A stretch of 64,000 nucleotides of DNA from Octopus vulgaris (GCA_951406725.2 OX597815.1:192262001-192326000), one strand, 5' to 3'; positions 13,852 to 26,662 are shown, numbered from the stretch's first letter. Made by a program: numbers and translations. Notes: generated by a model from the sequence alone, not told the origin.

Positions 13852-14784
13852 TTAAAGAATTTTGTCTATGATTAACTGGCATCCTATGTAGGAAGGAAAA
13901 AGGTTTTCATTATTCACTTGGCACCATAAAATCTGGAGTTAAGCAACAGTTCTTTTAAGTATTCGGCCTCAGAATCATAATAAATGTGATGATGAACTTG
14001 TAATAAATGAGTTTCATATGTGCTGCGGCTTTGAAGACATAATGGATCTACTCAACCTGGTTGGATTTCTTTCTCTGGATATGTTCCATGAAAACAAAAA
14101 TATCAGCATGGTTCAGACAACCCAATGGATTCCAGAATATTAGAAATTATTGAGAAAGAAATTAATGATATTGTATCATTAATCTGATGGGAAAAGTTCT
14201 CAGTAAAGAATTGGCATATTTTTACCATTTTCACTTTGTTGTTTGTTTTTTTTCTTTCGAACCTTACAAACAGAATAACGTTGGTTGTGGAGATTACAAA
14301 TCAACAAGACCAAATCTTGAGAATGATGGAATATTTTCTGCCGTGTTGATGGTGATGATGATGATGATAATGATAGTTCAGTAAAACTACACAACAAAAA
14401 AAAAAAATAAAAAATAGACGCAAACATCCTTTTTTTGAAAGGTTCTAGTTATGAAAGTATTCCAAGTTGTTAAAAGAAGTTCTTTCTCAAACAATTTCTA
14501 CACAAGTACTGAACCAGCTAAAACACGCTAACATTAATGTTCACAAAAACATACATACATGCATGCATAAACACATACACACACATATATCGTGTTCAAG
14601 ATAATATAAACCAAAATTTTAACACATACATCAATAATTAGAGTGCATAATATATAAGATACATGCAGCTTCTCCATAAATGATGCATTGCTAGTTTCAC
14701 AGCTATTATATAATGCTGAAAAACTGATAGTATGCCATAATTAATTAAATTCTTTGTGTATTTTCCTCCTGATATAACAGGTTG

Positions 14785-15411
14785 AATGGTGGTTGGCAGT
14801 GATGAAATAGAGGAGGTAAAGGAATATGTCTACCTGGGACAGGAATTGAATATGTGCTGAGACATCGAAAAGGAGATCTCGCGGAGAGTAAGGGCCAGAT
14901 GGAAGGCGTTTAATGGCATAAGGGATGTGCTCAAGGGAAGGTTGGGCAGAACCACCTGCGCCAACCTCATCAATAGCACAGTTCCACCTGCAATGTTTTA
15001 TGGTAAGTGAAACATGGGCTACAACAAAGAGAGAAGAGCAGAGATTGGTAATGGTTCAAAGAGCCATGGAGAGGTCAATGCTTGGAATCTCTTTGAGAGA
15101 GCACATCAGTAGCGAGGTCATCAGACAGAAGTCTGGCATGAGGGATGTCATCATAGAATATACACGCAGCATGTTTAGATAGGCTGCACATGTCGCTTGG
15201 CTCACCCTTGATCGGTGGACCTGAGCAGTTGTTGAGTGGTTCCTGCGCGAGTAGAAACGACCACTCGGAAAGCCTCCACATTGGTGGAGTTATGATTTTA
15301 GGAGGGCGATTGGGACCACGTGGATGAGGAAAGCGTGATCCAGAGGGGAGTGGACAGCATGCTCTGACCAGTGGTGTCAGATGGATGCCCGACAGACTGG
15401 TCGATCAAGGT

Positions 15412-15413
<2 letters not shown>
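14785..15413 (+). mobile_element. RTE-clade LINE 3' fragment (pseudogenised RT C-terminus)
   Basis: Translates with stops and frameshifts to EEVKEYVYLGQ..EISRRVRARWKAF..ETWATTKREEQRLVMVQRAMERSMLGISLREHI..KRPLGKPP. Confidence 0.88.
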
Positions 15414-15458
<45 letters not shown>

Positions 15459-15460
<2 letters not shown>

Positions 15461-15915
15461 AACCTTCAAAATTTTTCTGTATCTGTGAGTGACTGGAAAG
15501 TGATTGTCTAGGAGAGACAGGAATCTTTTACCAAAGTTAGTTTTTACATTAAGGGAAAAGGGAGGGGTGAACCAAATAATTTCCCTTGGCCTATTTTCAG
15601 GTTTCTTATTATCCTGATTAATACTAGAGCAGTTATGTACTACATTATCTTTTATTCCACTAGATCTATTATTAATATTTTGATTATAATTAGCGGGATA
15701 ATATATTAATTTATAATTGAAGCCACTATTGGCTAGGGCCTTATTATAATAGGGGGCAGCTTTCTTGAAAATTTCTTTGGTTGAATAGAGGTTAGACACT
15801 CTGTTACTTATATTATCTATCAGGTTTTTAAAATATTACAGGACGGTGACAAGACTTTATATATGCAAGTTTCTCATTAGGCTTATGGAAAGGTTTATAT
15901 GAGGAGGAGTTTATA
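15459..15915 (-). mobile_element. Penelope-like element RT-thumb/linker fragment (Naiad-like)
   Basis: YKPFHKPNEKLAYI..RVSNLYSTKEIFKKAAPYYNKALANSGF..REIIWFTPPFSLNVKTNFGKRFLSLLDNHFP; clade assignment from recalled motif similarity. Confidence 0.8.
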
Positions 15916-15939
15916 TATAATATATATATATATATATAT

Positions 15940-16232
15940 GTGGAGGTACAATGGCCCAATGGTTAGGGCAGTGGACTTGCGGTTGTAGGATCGCGGTTTC
16001 GATTTTCAGACCGGGCGTTGTGAGTGTTTATTGAGCGAAAACACCTAAAAGCTCCACAAGGCTCCGGCAGGGGGTGGTGATCCCTGCTGTACTCTTTCAC
16101 CACTCTTTCTTCTGTTGGCCTGCTCGCTTAGCCAGCGGGGTGGCGTCATTCAAAGGCTAAAACAATGTGAACGCATTGTGACCAGCGATGTGTAACTACA
16201 TCTGATGGACTGGTTGGTCACATGATCACGTG
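15940..16232 (+). mobile_element. tRNA-derived SINE family E
   Basis: Head tggcccaatggttagggc...gtttcgatt; same family as 60066-60450. Confidence 0.8.
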
Positions 16233-16247
16233 ATATATATATATATA

Positions 16248-16492
16248 CTTTATTTAAAGCAGCAGAAAATTCAACGAAACCTGTTACTCTGAGTTTCACA
16301 TTCCTGTTCATCGGTGATAAATATATATGTAACCTTCAATATTTTCCTGTATCAATGACGAACGGGAACGTGAAACTCAGAGTAACAGGTTTTGTTGAAT
16401 TTTCTGCTGCTTTAAATAAAGCATATTACTCTACCACTGGTATTTGAGTACTCTTCTTTCCACCTTGTTTCACATTTATGTGTTTACTCCGG
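16248..16492. mobile_element. Penelope pseudo-LTR in inverted arrangement with hammerhead-like motifs
   Basis: 65-bp inverted arms at 16248-16312 and 16357-16421; each carries (x)GAnGA-stem-GAAAC-TCAGA-GTA; bounded by (TA)n. Confidence 0.75.
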
Positions 16493-16517
16493 TATATATA
16501 TATATATATATATATAT

Positions 16518-16842
16518 GCCTCGACTGGCTTCCGTGCCGGTGGCACGTAAAAGCACCATCCGAATCGTGGCCGAAGCCAGTGCCGCCTCGACTGGCTTCC
16601 ATGCCGGTGGCATGTAAAATGCACCAATCCGACCGTGGCTAGCCTCGCCTGGCACCTGTGTGGGTAGCACATAAAAAGCACCCACTACACTCATGGAGTG
16701 GTTGGCGTTAGGAAGGGCATCCAGCTGTAGAAACATTGCCAGATAAGACTGGAGCCTGGTGCAGCCTTCTGGCTTCCCAGATCCCCGGTCGAACCGTCCA
16801 ACCCATGCTAGCATGGAGAACAGACGTTAAACGATGATGATG
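16518..16842 (+). mobile_element. SINE-like family D 3' part with (GAT)n tail
   Basis: ggaagggcatccagctgtagaaac...acccatgctagcatggagaacagacgttaaacgatgatgatga. Confidence 0.8.
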
Positions 16843-17867
16843 ATATATATACTGGATGTACTTTAAAGGGGATCAACACTGTCACACTGATTGTGCCTGA
16901 GTAGCACATTAAGAGTAAAAGTATCCGTGGTTGGAATACACAGCCATTTGTATTCAATGAGCAGATCACTCCTTTGATCATACAACTGGAATTATTAACT
17001 TATTCAATGTTGAAACCATAGAGAGCCCTTCACTCTATATATGCACACACACACACACACACATATGTATATATACACACACATACATATATATACACAT
17101 ATATACACACACACACATATATATGCATGCATACACACAGTCTTTCTTAGACAATAAAATATAGTGTTTTTCACTGGCCAGGCGAGTGAATATACATATA
17201 TAGATAGATATAGGTAAATGCATGTTTGTATATATGTATATGTGTGTGTGTGCATTTCTGCATACCTGTGCATGCAGGTATGTTTTATTTTACTTTCAAC
17301 TTACTGAATTCTGGTGTTATATGTAGTTTTTTTGGAATTGTCTAACTATTAAATCTGATGGGATTTGTCCATTTTAGAAACAAATTGATTGACATATATG
17401 TATCTATATATCAATCAGCTTTGATTCTAAAACACCAAGAGATACAAAAACAAAAAAAACAAATACTCTAAGCAGGCTGATACGATACGAAGGGGTTTTA
17501 AACAAATAATGGTTATCATAAAGCCATTAGAACATCAAAGAATCGGTAAAATAGTGTGTCTTGTGAAGTATAGATGTTGTCATGTGAAAGAACCATTGTT
17601 TTTGTTTAGCCCCAGGTTAGCTTTGAGCAGATTTGTGATCAAACATATTCAACTAATGTATTCAGAAATACCATATCCTGGATCATTATCCATTGTACAC
17701 TTCCTTCTTGTAAAGATGGTAAGCGTAGTGGTTAGAGTGTTGCTCTCATGATTTTAAGATTTCTCTCTTTAGGTGCCCTGTAGGAAAATGTAGGACATAT
17801 TCAATCATGCTCTGTCATAATTCTCTGTTCTTTGTTTTCTGTAACGGTTCCACTTCTTGATCTTTAG

Positions 17868-18093
17868 CCCTTTAGTGTTCGCATTATTCTGCCAAAATTA
17901 ATGCTTTTTCATCTACGTTGTTTTGAACTAATCATGCATTATCTTGCAGCAATGAGATTTTGATGAGGTAGCTGAGCTGTTAATTTTTAAAACAATATTG
18001 TAGGGCTGGTGTAAGAGACTAGATCTGGCCAGTTTGAACATAAAACAGGCAGAATACTTTTGGCTGGATATGGCCGGTTTAAATGCTAAAGGG
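17868..18093 (-). mobile_element. piggyBac-type MITE
   Basis: Reverse complement of 13631-13851; ttag/ttaa flanks. Confidence 0.82.
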
Positions 18094-19058
18094 TTAATGC
18101 CGCTTTCTTCCAACCAATTTCTTCAAGCTTGAGATCCATATCATCCTTCTTCTTCCTCAGCTTCTTTTCCCTTCAGTTTTTCTGGTCCTTGCTAAACTCA
18201 CCAGACCCTCTTTCCTTATCACATGACCAAGAAATCTCAAAATCGCTAGCACATCAGTCAAAATGCTTAGCAACATTTCGTTTGACTCTTTACATTCTGA
18301 GTTCAAATTCTGTAGCAACTGACTTTGCTTTCATCCATTCAAGTGTTGATAAAATAAGTACCAGTTTGTAGGATTATGGTATAAATTCCTGGACCAAGTG
18401 GTGCTTTGTGTTCCTGAGTAAAAACACTTAATTTCATGTTACTCCAGTCTGCTCAACTGGGAAGTTAACCTTGTGATGGACTAGTGTCCTATCCAGGGGG
18501 ACAGAGTCTTGTAATCTCAGTTACTTATATGTCATAAAAACCAGGCCAAATTCTGAACTTATGTGTCCTAGGGGCTCATGACACACCCAACGACATAAAA
18601 GATATTCTGATGCTGTTGAGAGTAAGTTGAGCATCTGCTATGTTGCTCCTATGTTGGTTCATATTGCTGTTGTTGTTTAGATTACCCTTCATTGAACAAG
18701 CCTATGATTATATGGATTTCAGTCATACCCGTCTAATCATCTAAGGTTACATTATTGTTAGGTATTTGGTTGCTATTTCTAACAGACTGAATAACCACCT
18801 GGGAGCAACTTCATATTGTTGATTATTGTTAAACCTCGGGTTAGCCCTGATCAAACAGATCTATGTTTAATGATGTTCCAGCCTTGATCATCCTCTTTTT
18901 TGCCCTTTATTTGGACTGTGTGCAGAAGTTTGCTTCCCAAACAAATGGCTTCAGTTTTCAGTCCTTCTGCATGGTGCCCTGGGCAAGTGTCTTCCACTAT
19001 AGTCCTGCGACGCTCAAACAGTTATGAGTAGGTTTGGTAGATAAGAAACTGTAAGAAG

Positions 19059-19179
19059 GCTTACGGTCATATCAAGCTTATGGCCATATCATGCTGAAAG
19101 CACCGGTTCTTGTCTGATCACTAAAGTTAAGTACTTAGATGGGTGACCGCTTGGGAAACCTAGGTGCTGTAAGCATTTT
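19059..19179 (+). pseudogene. 5S rRNA pseudogene with duplicated 5' end and ~20-nt internal deletion
   Basis: gcttatggccatatca.gctgaaagcaccggttcttgtctgatcactaaagttaag|tacttagatgggtgaccgcttgggaaacctaggtgctgtaagc-atttt matches metazoan 5S rRNA. Confidence 0.9.
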
Positions 19180-19187
19180 AAAAAAAA

Positions 19188-19410
19188 GGCGTGGCAGAAA
19201 TGTTAGCACATCGGGCAAAATGCTTTGTCGTTTTCGTCCATCGCTGCGTTCTGAGTTCAAATTCTGCCGAGGTCGACTTTCCTTTCATCCTTTCGGGGTT
19301 GATAAATTAAGTACCATTTACATACTGGGGTTGATGTAATCGACTTAATCCGTTTGTCTGTCCTTGCTTGTCCCCTCTATGTTTAGCACCTTGTGGGTAG
19401 TAAAGAAATA
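19188..19410 (+). mobile_element. SINE family B fused downstream of the 5S pseudogene
   Basis: Family B body and tail follow an oligo-A. Confidence 0.9.
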
Positions 19411-19975
19411 AGAAACTGTAAGAAGGCTTCCATATCTATATGGCAATGTGTGTGTGTGTGCAGGCATGCATGTGTGTTTGTGTGTGACAGTACAGTGAGT
19501 ACTATGATGGGGTATGTATGGTGTTTAGAACGGGATTTTTCTTAGAAATAAAGTATTTAATAATAATAAAATTTCAAACACATCTTCAAAAAGAGAAAAA
19601 AACAACTGTTGGGATGAAATTATGAATAAGACTTGTATTATCATTGAGCAGAAAACTTGATTAACGATGCAGCAAGATCTAATATAATTTCATTAATTAA
19701 GTAATTAATGTGGCAAGCTGACAAAATCGTTAGCACGTGAGTCAAAATGTTTAGCAACTTTTCGTTCAACTCTTTACATTCTGAGTTCAAATTCTGCAGT
19801 CACTGACTTTGCCTTTCATCCATTCAGGTGTTGATAAAATAAGTACCAGTAATGTATTGGGGTCGAGGAGACTGACTTACCTCTCCCCTCAGAATTTCTG
19901 GCCTTGTGCCAAAAATTGGAAAGAAAGAATTATATAAATCCTCACCTTCTTTAGTAATTTCTAGAAACACTAGAC

Positions 19976-20708
19976 AAGGCCTGGCCAACTCGAATTACTA
20001 TACGGGTCACTTTAGTCACAGAAAGTTTTCTGAGGTCTGTTTATATACTGACAGAATTGAAAGCATTTTGCTTTCTCATGCTATTATTACAATAATGAAT
20101 CAATGATCGTTGGTTCAACAGGAAGTATTATCGTTGCAAAAACAGTAGTACCTTTCTTTTGTACTTTTCATTACAAGCTTTAATTTTTGATTCTTTTATT
20201 TGTTTCAGTCATTTGACTGTGGCCATGCTGGAGCACTGCCTTTTAGTCGAGCAAATCGACACCAGGACTTATTCTTTGTAAGCCTAGTACTTATTCTATC
20301 GGTCTCTTTTGCCGAACTGCTAAGCTACGGGGACGTAAACACACCAGCATCGTTTGTCAAGAGATGTTGGGAGGACAAACACAGACACACAAACATATAC
20401 ACACACATATATACATATATACGACGGGCTTCTTTCAGTTTCCGTCTACCAAATCCACTTACAAGGCTTTGGTCAGTCTGAGGCTATAGTAGAAGACACT
20501 TGCCCAAAGTGCCAAGCAATGGGATTAAACCCGGAACCATGTGGTTGGTAAACAAGCTACTTACCATACAGCCACTCCTGCGCCTATTGATAAAAATTTT
20601 TTTTAATGTTTGCTTAAATAAACCCATTTCAAGAAAGTATCAAGCAGGCCACAAGATAAAAGTCTGCAGGCCGCATGCAGCTCACGGGCCTCAGGTTAGC
20701 CAGCCCTG
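19976..20708. mobile_element. Non-autonomous hAT (Charlie-like) element containing a SINE A insertion
   Basis: Perfect 8-bp TSD CACTAGAC (19968-19975, 20709-20716); TIRs aaggcctggccaac / gttagccagccctg; SINE A at ~20190-20587 (-). Confidence 0.85.
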
Positions 20709-20841
20709 CACTAGACCATGAAAATATAAGAAACACTAAACCATGGAAATATCTAAATGATGTACACAAGTGGTGGAATATTTCAGAAAATGCTGACAAT
20801 AAACCATCACTGAAAATTAGATTTTTATTCAATAAAATAAT

Positions 20842-21260
20842 CTCTTTTACTCTTTTACTTGTTTCAGTCATTTGACTGTGGCCATGCTGGAGCACCACCT
20901 TTAGTCGAGCAAATCGACCCCCAGGACTTATTCTTTGTAAGCCTAGTACTTATTCTATCGGTCTCTTTTGCTGAACTGCTAAGTTACAGGGATGTAAACA
21001 CACCAGCATCGGTTGTCAAGCGATGTTGGTGGGACAAACACAGACACACAAACACATACACATGCACATACATATATATATATATATACATACATACAAC
21101 GGGCTTCTTTCAGTTTCCGTCTACCAAATCCACTCACAAGGCTTTGGTTGGCCCGAGGCTATAGTAGAAGACACTTGCCCAAGGTGCCATGCAGTGGGCC
21201 TGAACCCGGAACAATGTGGTTTGTAAGCAAGATACTTACCACACAGCCACTCCTATGCCT
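20842..21260 (-). mobile_element. SINE family A
   Basis: Colinear with other family A copies. Confidence 0.9.
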
Positions 21261-22203
21261 GTTAATTGAGCAGTTGGTGTTTATAAAATGTCATCTGGCG
21301 AAAAGAGAAACTGTAACTATTAAAGACTGACAACCTCTGATGCAGGAGTACCCTCTTTGGTTCCCTTAAAGAAGTTTTTTCTCAATCCTTTTTTGTCTGT
21401 GGAGCTCTTTGATCCCTGTTTTACTCAGTCAGACCTTCTTAGCAATTTGATTTTTAAGGAAACCTGTCACTTTTATAATTAGATATCATTAAGAACTGTA
21501 TAAAAAATAAAGTCATTAAAATATTTTATGTATTGTAAAAGTATTACTGATTTATTGAAGATAAATTTTAACAACATAATGTTATGTGGACCCTGACCAC
21601 CAAAGATCACGTGAACCCTGGATGAGAACTACTACATTAAAGGAAAGTTTGAAACTAAGATAGAAAATAAAAATAAAAAGTTAGTCTTGTTGTTGGTAAT
21701 GAATCATTAGTTTAATGAAAGGGACATTTTCAAAGTAAATTCTTTTCCCAAATGTCCTTCATGAATCTTCATTAAACTTGGAATGTGAAAGAATGCAGAC
21801 TGGCAAATAGTTAAAACATTGAGTAGAGTGTTAATGTGTTGGTATTGCAAATATTCATTATGGTTTTCTGCACCTTGAGTTCCAAATCTGGTGATGCCAA
21901 CTTTGCTTTTCATTTATAAGAGGAATATGTAGCTGTTGCCAAACTCAGGAATCAAACCTGGATCAACACAAATACAATCAGGATTTGCTAAAACATTACC
22001 AATGTCATAAAAAATTCTGACCATTCAAGACTTTAAGCGGAACCAGAGCCAACAACAATTTCATCTTTGGAATGCTTTTTCTAAGCAAGACCACTGCTTA
22101 TATATTCAGTGCACCTTAGCTACTATGAACAGTTGGCAGATGGTGGACAACAGACCAGAGAAAGAAACAGTGGTCAGCAGACAGTAAAAGAACCAGTAGA
22201 AGA

Positions 22204-22808
22204 AAGGCGGTGAACTAGCAGAAACATTAGCACGCCGAGCGAAATGCTTAGCAGTATTTCGTCTGCCGTTACATTCTGGGTTCAAATTCTGCCAAGGTCA
22301 ACTTTGCCTTTCATCCTTTCAGGGCCGATTAAATAAGTACCAGTTATGCACTGCAGTTGATATAATCGACTTAATCCCTTTGTCTTGTCTGTCCTTGTTT
22401 GTCCCCTCTGTGTTTGGCCCCTTGTGGGTCGTAAAGAAATAGGTATTCGTCTGTCTTTAAGTTCAGAGTTCAAATTCCCCGAGGTCAACTTTGCCTGTCA
22501 TTCTTTCAGGGTCGATTAAATAAGTACCAGTTAAGCACTGGGATCGATGTAATCAACTTAATCCCTTTGTCTGTCCTTGTTTGTCCTCTCTATGTTTAGC
22601 CCCTTGTGGGTAGTAAAGAAATAGGTATTCGTCTGTCTTTAAGTTCAGAGTTCAAATTCCGCCAAGGTCGACTTTGCCTTTCATCCTTTCAGGGTCAATT
22701 AAATAAGTACCAGTTACGCACTAGGGTCGATGTAATCGACTTAATCCCTTCGTCTGTCCTTGTTTGTTCCCTCTATGTTTAGCCCCTTGTGGGCAATAAA
22801 GAAATAAG
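22204..22808 (+). mobile_element. SINE family B trimer
   Basis: One head plus three body/tail units, flanked by TSD aagaaccagtag(a/c)aga at 22188-22203 and 22809-22824. Confidence 0.9.
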
Positions 22809-23257
22809 AAGAACCAGTAGCAGACCAGAGTATTGTTACAACACAAAAACAATGGACAATGGTGACCACAACACACAATGATCAGCTAACATCACAACAG
22901 CCACGACTATAAGACCTAGTCCATGAACCATAAGTTTCAAGCTATCTTGGTGTTTGTTGTTTGTTGTAACAACAACATTACTTTTGCTTATGATAAAAAT
23001 ATTTTTCGTAAAAAATCTTGAGCAGATTTCTGTGCTCTTTACTGTAACACTTCTTTTGTGGGGATGAAGTTGATAGCATGTCATGTGTATACCAGCATTT
23101 TGCAATTTGAGTTCATAATCTGCTTCATTTCACCAGCCTCCCAATAGCGGCTAATGGGTCCTTTGAGATCCAGCAAATGGTGATAAGCCTGATATATCAG
23201 ATAAAATGCTGCCTTAATTGACACAGCATTTTGGTTGCATAAATATCCACGAGTGTA

Positions 23258-23638
23258 GATGTCTTGCAAACAACTTGCACATACAAGCGCTAACAGTCAA
23301 AAGCTCCGTATACCGGAAGCCAGCAAGTGTATGGGGTCATCAGGAGAGAATGCGCGCCGTTTCGGGGCCTACCTCTCAACAGCATCAATGCGCACCAGCC
23401 CCCCTCACTGATATGAGGCCCCGCTTGCTAGATCAGCTGGTTATGAAATTAAATTCAATATTCTTCTAGCCATCGCTCATCATCTCTTTTTAACCCAATC
23501 CAGTGGCTCGCCTTCTCCACTGTAGATTGGATATCAGTCATGGTGGTATTGACTTTACGATGAGTTAAGCCTAGCGATAACAACAGTCGTCTCACGCTGT
23601 GTCCAACAAACCCTCTACATCCGACTTCGATAGGAAAG
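23258..23638 (-). mobile_element. HERO-like (RLE non-LTR) retrotransposon 3' fragment
   Basis: Reverse complement of 63280-63665; encodes FPIEVGCRGFVGHSVRRLL..VEKASHWIGLKR and the 3' UTR. Confidence 0.85.
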
Positions 23639-24434
23639 CTGGATACAGGACTAATAAAAAATTGAGCTTGGCTTGTGTATAAAAGGCAAAGCTGACCTTA
23701 GCTGGATTTGAACTCAGAAAATAAAGAGTCAGAAGAAATACTGCAAAGTATTTTTTCTGATGATTCAGCCTATTCAGTTTAGCATAATCTAGAGGGAGTA
23801 TTTGTGTCAGCATGGTTATGATATCTGTAAGGAACAAAATAAACAAGAGTAGAACGTAATTGATTTCATATTCTAAAGAAGAAACAAAGAAGAGTTTGAC
23901 GTTTCTGACATTGGTTCTTTGTCAAGAGATGGAGAAGAAAATAGAGAAGGATAATAAAAAAAGAATGAGAAAGCCCCATTTTTCCCTTTCTCCTTTTTCT
24001 CTATTTTCCACTTGATGAAGAACCTGTGTCTGAAGCATCAAAGCCTTTATAAAGAAAATGTTGACAGTGGCATCAAAGTTTGGGCTTGTTTGCCTTCCTT
24101 CATCAGATGGTTTGAAGAAGTCAAAATGTCTGAAGTCATTGTCAAATGTTTTCTTGTAAAAGTTTAATAAAAATGACTCTTAAAAATATTGAGTCATCTT
24201 TCAGTTTAATATAATTTGACATAACAAAACATACTTACACCTACACACACACACATGCTCATACACATACACACGTGTGTATCACATATCTCTCATTGGT
24301 GCTTAGGACCTACCATCTAACATGGAGAATATGCTAATAAATGAGCTTAAATGACCACAGCTTGATAGTTTCTGTTTCATTTTTTCCCTCATTCCATCAG
24401 CTAATCAAGTCAAAATTCTTTTATCTGCCTACAA

Positions 24435-25142
24435 TTGTAAATTATTTACATTATTTACATTTGACAGATATTTGTCCTCATCTTGTTGTTGTTAACACAA
24501 TGTTTCGGCTGATATACCCTCCAGCCTTCATCAAGTGTCTTGGGGAAATTTCAAACCTAGTTTCTCATTCCTAAGGTATTTTTCAATGTCATCATTATTA
24601 TTATTATTGTTCAGGTCACTGCTTGGAATCGAACTTGGAATCTTGAGTTAGTAGCCTGCACTCTTAACCACTATGCCATAAGCCCATGGGCAATTATGAA
24701 GTGAATTTTAGGGCTTATAAATCTAATATTCTCCTATCCTTCCTTAATACCAGTTCCCATATGCTGTTCATATCTGCACTCGGTCTGCTTAGGCAGTTGC
24801 TGTGTCCTAGCATATGTGCTGCTTCTTTTAGTTTCCATATTTTCCAGTGGTGTTCTCTGTCTATTATTTTAACTTCATCCCACAGGGGGAGGTAGTCTCC
24901 ATTTTCCCATACATGATCAGCTATACCCGATTTATCAATATCTCCTCATGTCACAGCTTTGCGATGTTCTTCTATCCTTATTTTGAGGGGGCAGCATGTT
25001 TCGCCTTTGTATAACCTACCACAGCTGCATGGGATGGAGTACACACAGTTTTTGGTCATATTCTCTTCTATTGGTGGTTTTACTCAAAGGAGATATTTGC
25101 GAAGTGTTGTATTACTCTTGAATACTGTCCTGATGCCATATA
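24435..25142 (-). mobile_element. Penelope/Poseidon-type element: GIY-YIG endonuclease pseudogene plus pseudo-LTR
   Basis: Minus strand translates to YGIRTVFKSNTTLRKYLL*VKPP..KNCVYSIPCSCGRLYKGETCCPLKIRIEEHRKAV..KSGIADHVWEN..WDEVKII..KLKEA. Confidence 0.9.
24494..24539 (-). ncRNA. Minimal type I hammerhead ribozyme motif (mutated copy)
   Basis: GACAC-TTGATGA-A-GGCTG..CAGCC-GAAAC-ATT-GTGTT; stems I and II intact, C3U and stem III changes. Confidence 0.7.
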
Positions 25143-25164
25143 TTATTATTATTATTATTATTAT

Positions 25165-25378
25165 GGTGGCGAGCTGGCAGAAACATTAGCATGCTGGGCA
25201 AAATGCTAAGCGGCATTTCGTCTGCCGCTACATTCCGAGTTCAAATTCCACCAAGGTTGACTTCGCCTTTCATCCTTTCAGGATCGACAAATTAAGTACC
25301 AGTTGAGTGCTGGGGTCGATATAATCAACTATTCACCACCCCCAAATTCCTGGTGTTGTGCCTATAGTAGAAAGGATT
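25165..25378 (+). mobile_element. SINE family B (short-tail variant)
   Basis: Family B head and body. Confidence 0.85.
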
Positions 25379-25561
25379 ATTATTATTACTAATATTACTA
25401 TTATTATTACTATTATTACTACTATTATTGCTATTATTATTTCGATTATTATTACTATTATTATTATTATTATTATTATTATTACTAATATTACTATTAT
25501 TATTACTATTATTGCTATTATTATTTCGATTATTATTACTATTATTGCTATTATTATTTCG

Positions 25562-25606
<45 letters not shown>
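25376..25606. repeat. (ATT)n microsatellite
   Basis: Directly visible. Confidence 0.98.
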
Positions 25607-26134
25607 TGAGAAGGCATAATATAAAAAATATGTGTATAAATAAAATCAAACACATTGAAAATGAAAATGGCAAAAAATATGGTCAATTCCTTTCTTTTAA
25701 AGACTTAACAGGATGTTTGGAATCATAGACATGACTTTTATTGCTCTGTGTTGATAAACCGTTTTGTTTTGTGTTTTTAAACGAGTCTTCATATTGCTCT
25801 TAGAATAGAAGTAAAGAAAAAGAAACAAGCAGTTATCTTAGTGAAATTTACCGGAATTTGATGCACATGTGTTTATTAGAAAAATAAAATTTACAAAAGG
25901 AGAAAAAAGCAAAAAAACAAAATGAAAAATAAAAAATAGAAGGAATTTATTCCAATGTAATAAGTCACGTTTTTGGAAACGATGTTTAAATGTTCTTTTA
26001 AAAAGTGTTGAAAAGTAGAGAAAAACATGGCTCAAGACAGACAGTTATACAGATATTCAAGGTTTCAATTTAGAAAGTTACAATTATCATTGCAGAAAAG
26101 TTTGTTTACAAAAACATACTCCCTATTGAGAAGA

Positions 26135-26173
<39 letters not shown>

Positions 26174-26253
26174 AAGAGAGGGAAGGAACTAAAATTTTTC
26201 AAGATTTTACATGATACTAGAAGTAAACAGAAATTGTTAAAAGATGAGGAAGC

Positions 26254-26662
26254 TATAATAATAATAATAATAATAAACAATAATAATAATAATAATAAAA
26301 ATAAACAATAATAATAATAATAATAAAAATAAACAATAATAATAATAATAATAAAGATAATAATAAATAATAAACAATAATAATAATAATAATAATAAAC
26401 AATAATAATAATAATAATAATAATAATAAACAATAATAATAATAATAATAATAATAAACAATAATAATAATAATAAAAATAAACAATAATAATAATAATA
26501 ATAATAAAGATAATAATAAATAATAAACAATAATAATAATAATAATAATAAACAATAATAATAATAATAATAATAATAAATAATAAACAATAATAATAAT
26601 AATAATAATAAACAATAATAATAATAATAAAAATAAACAATAATAATAATAATAATAATAAT
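26254..26662. repeat. (AAT)n microsatellite with aaac interruptions
   Basis: Directly visible. Confidence 0.98.
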
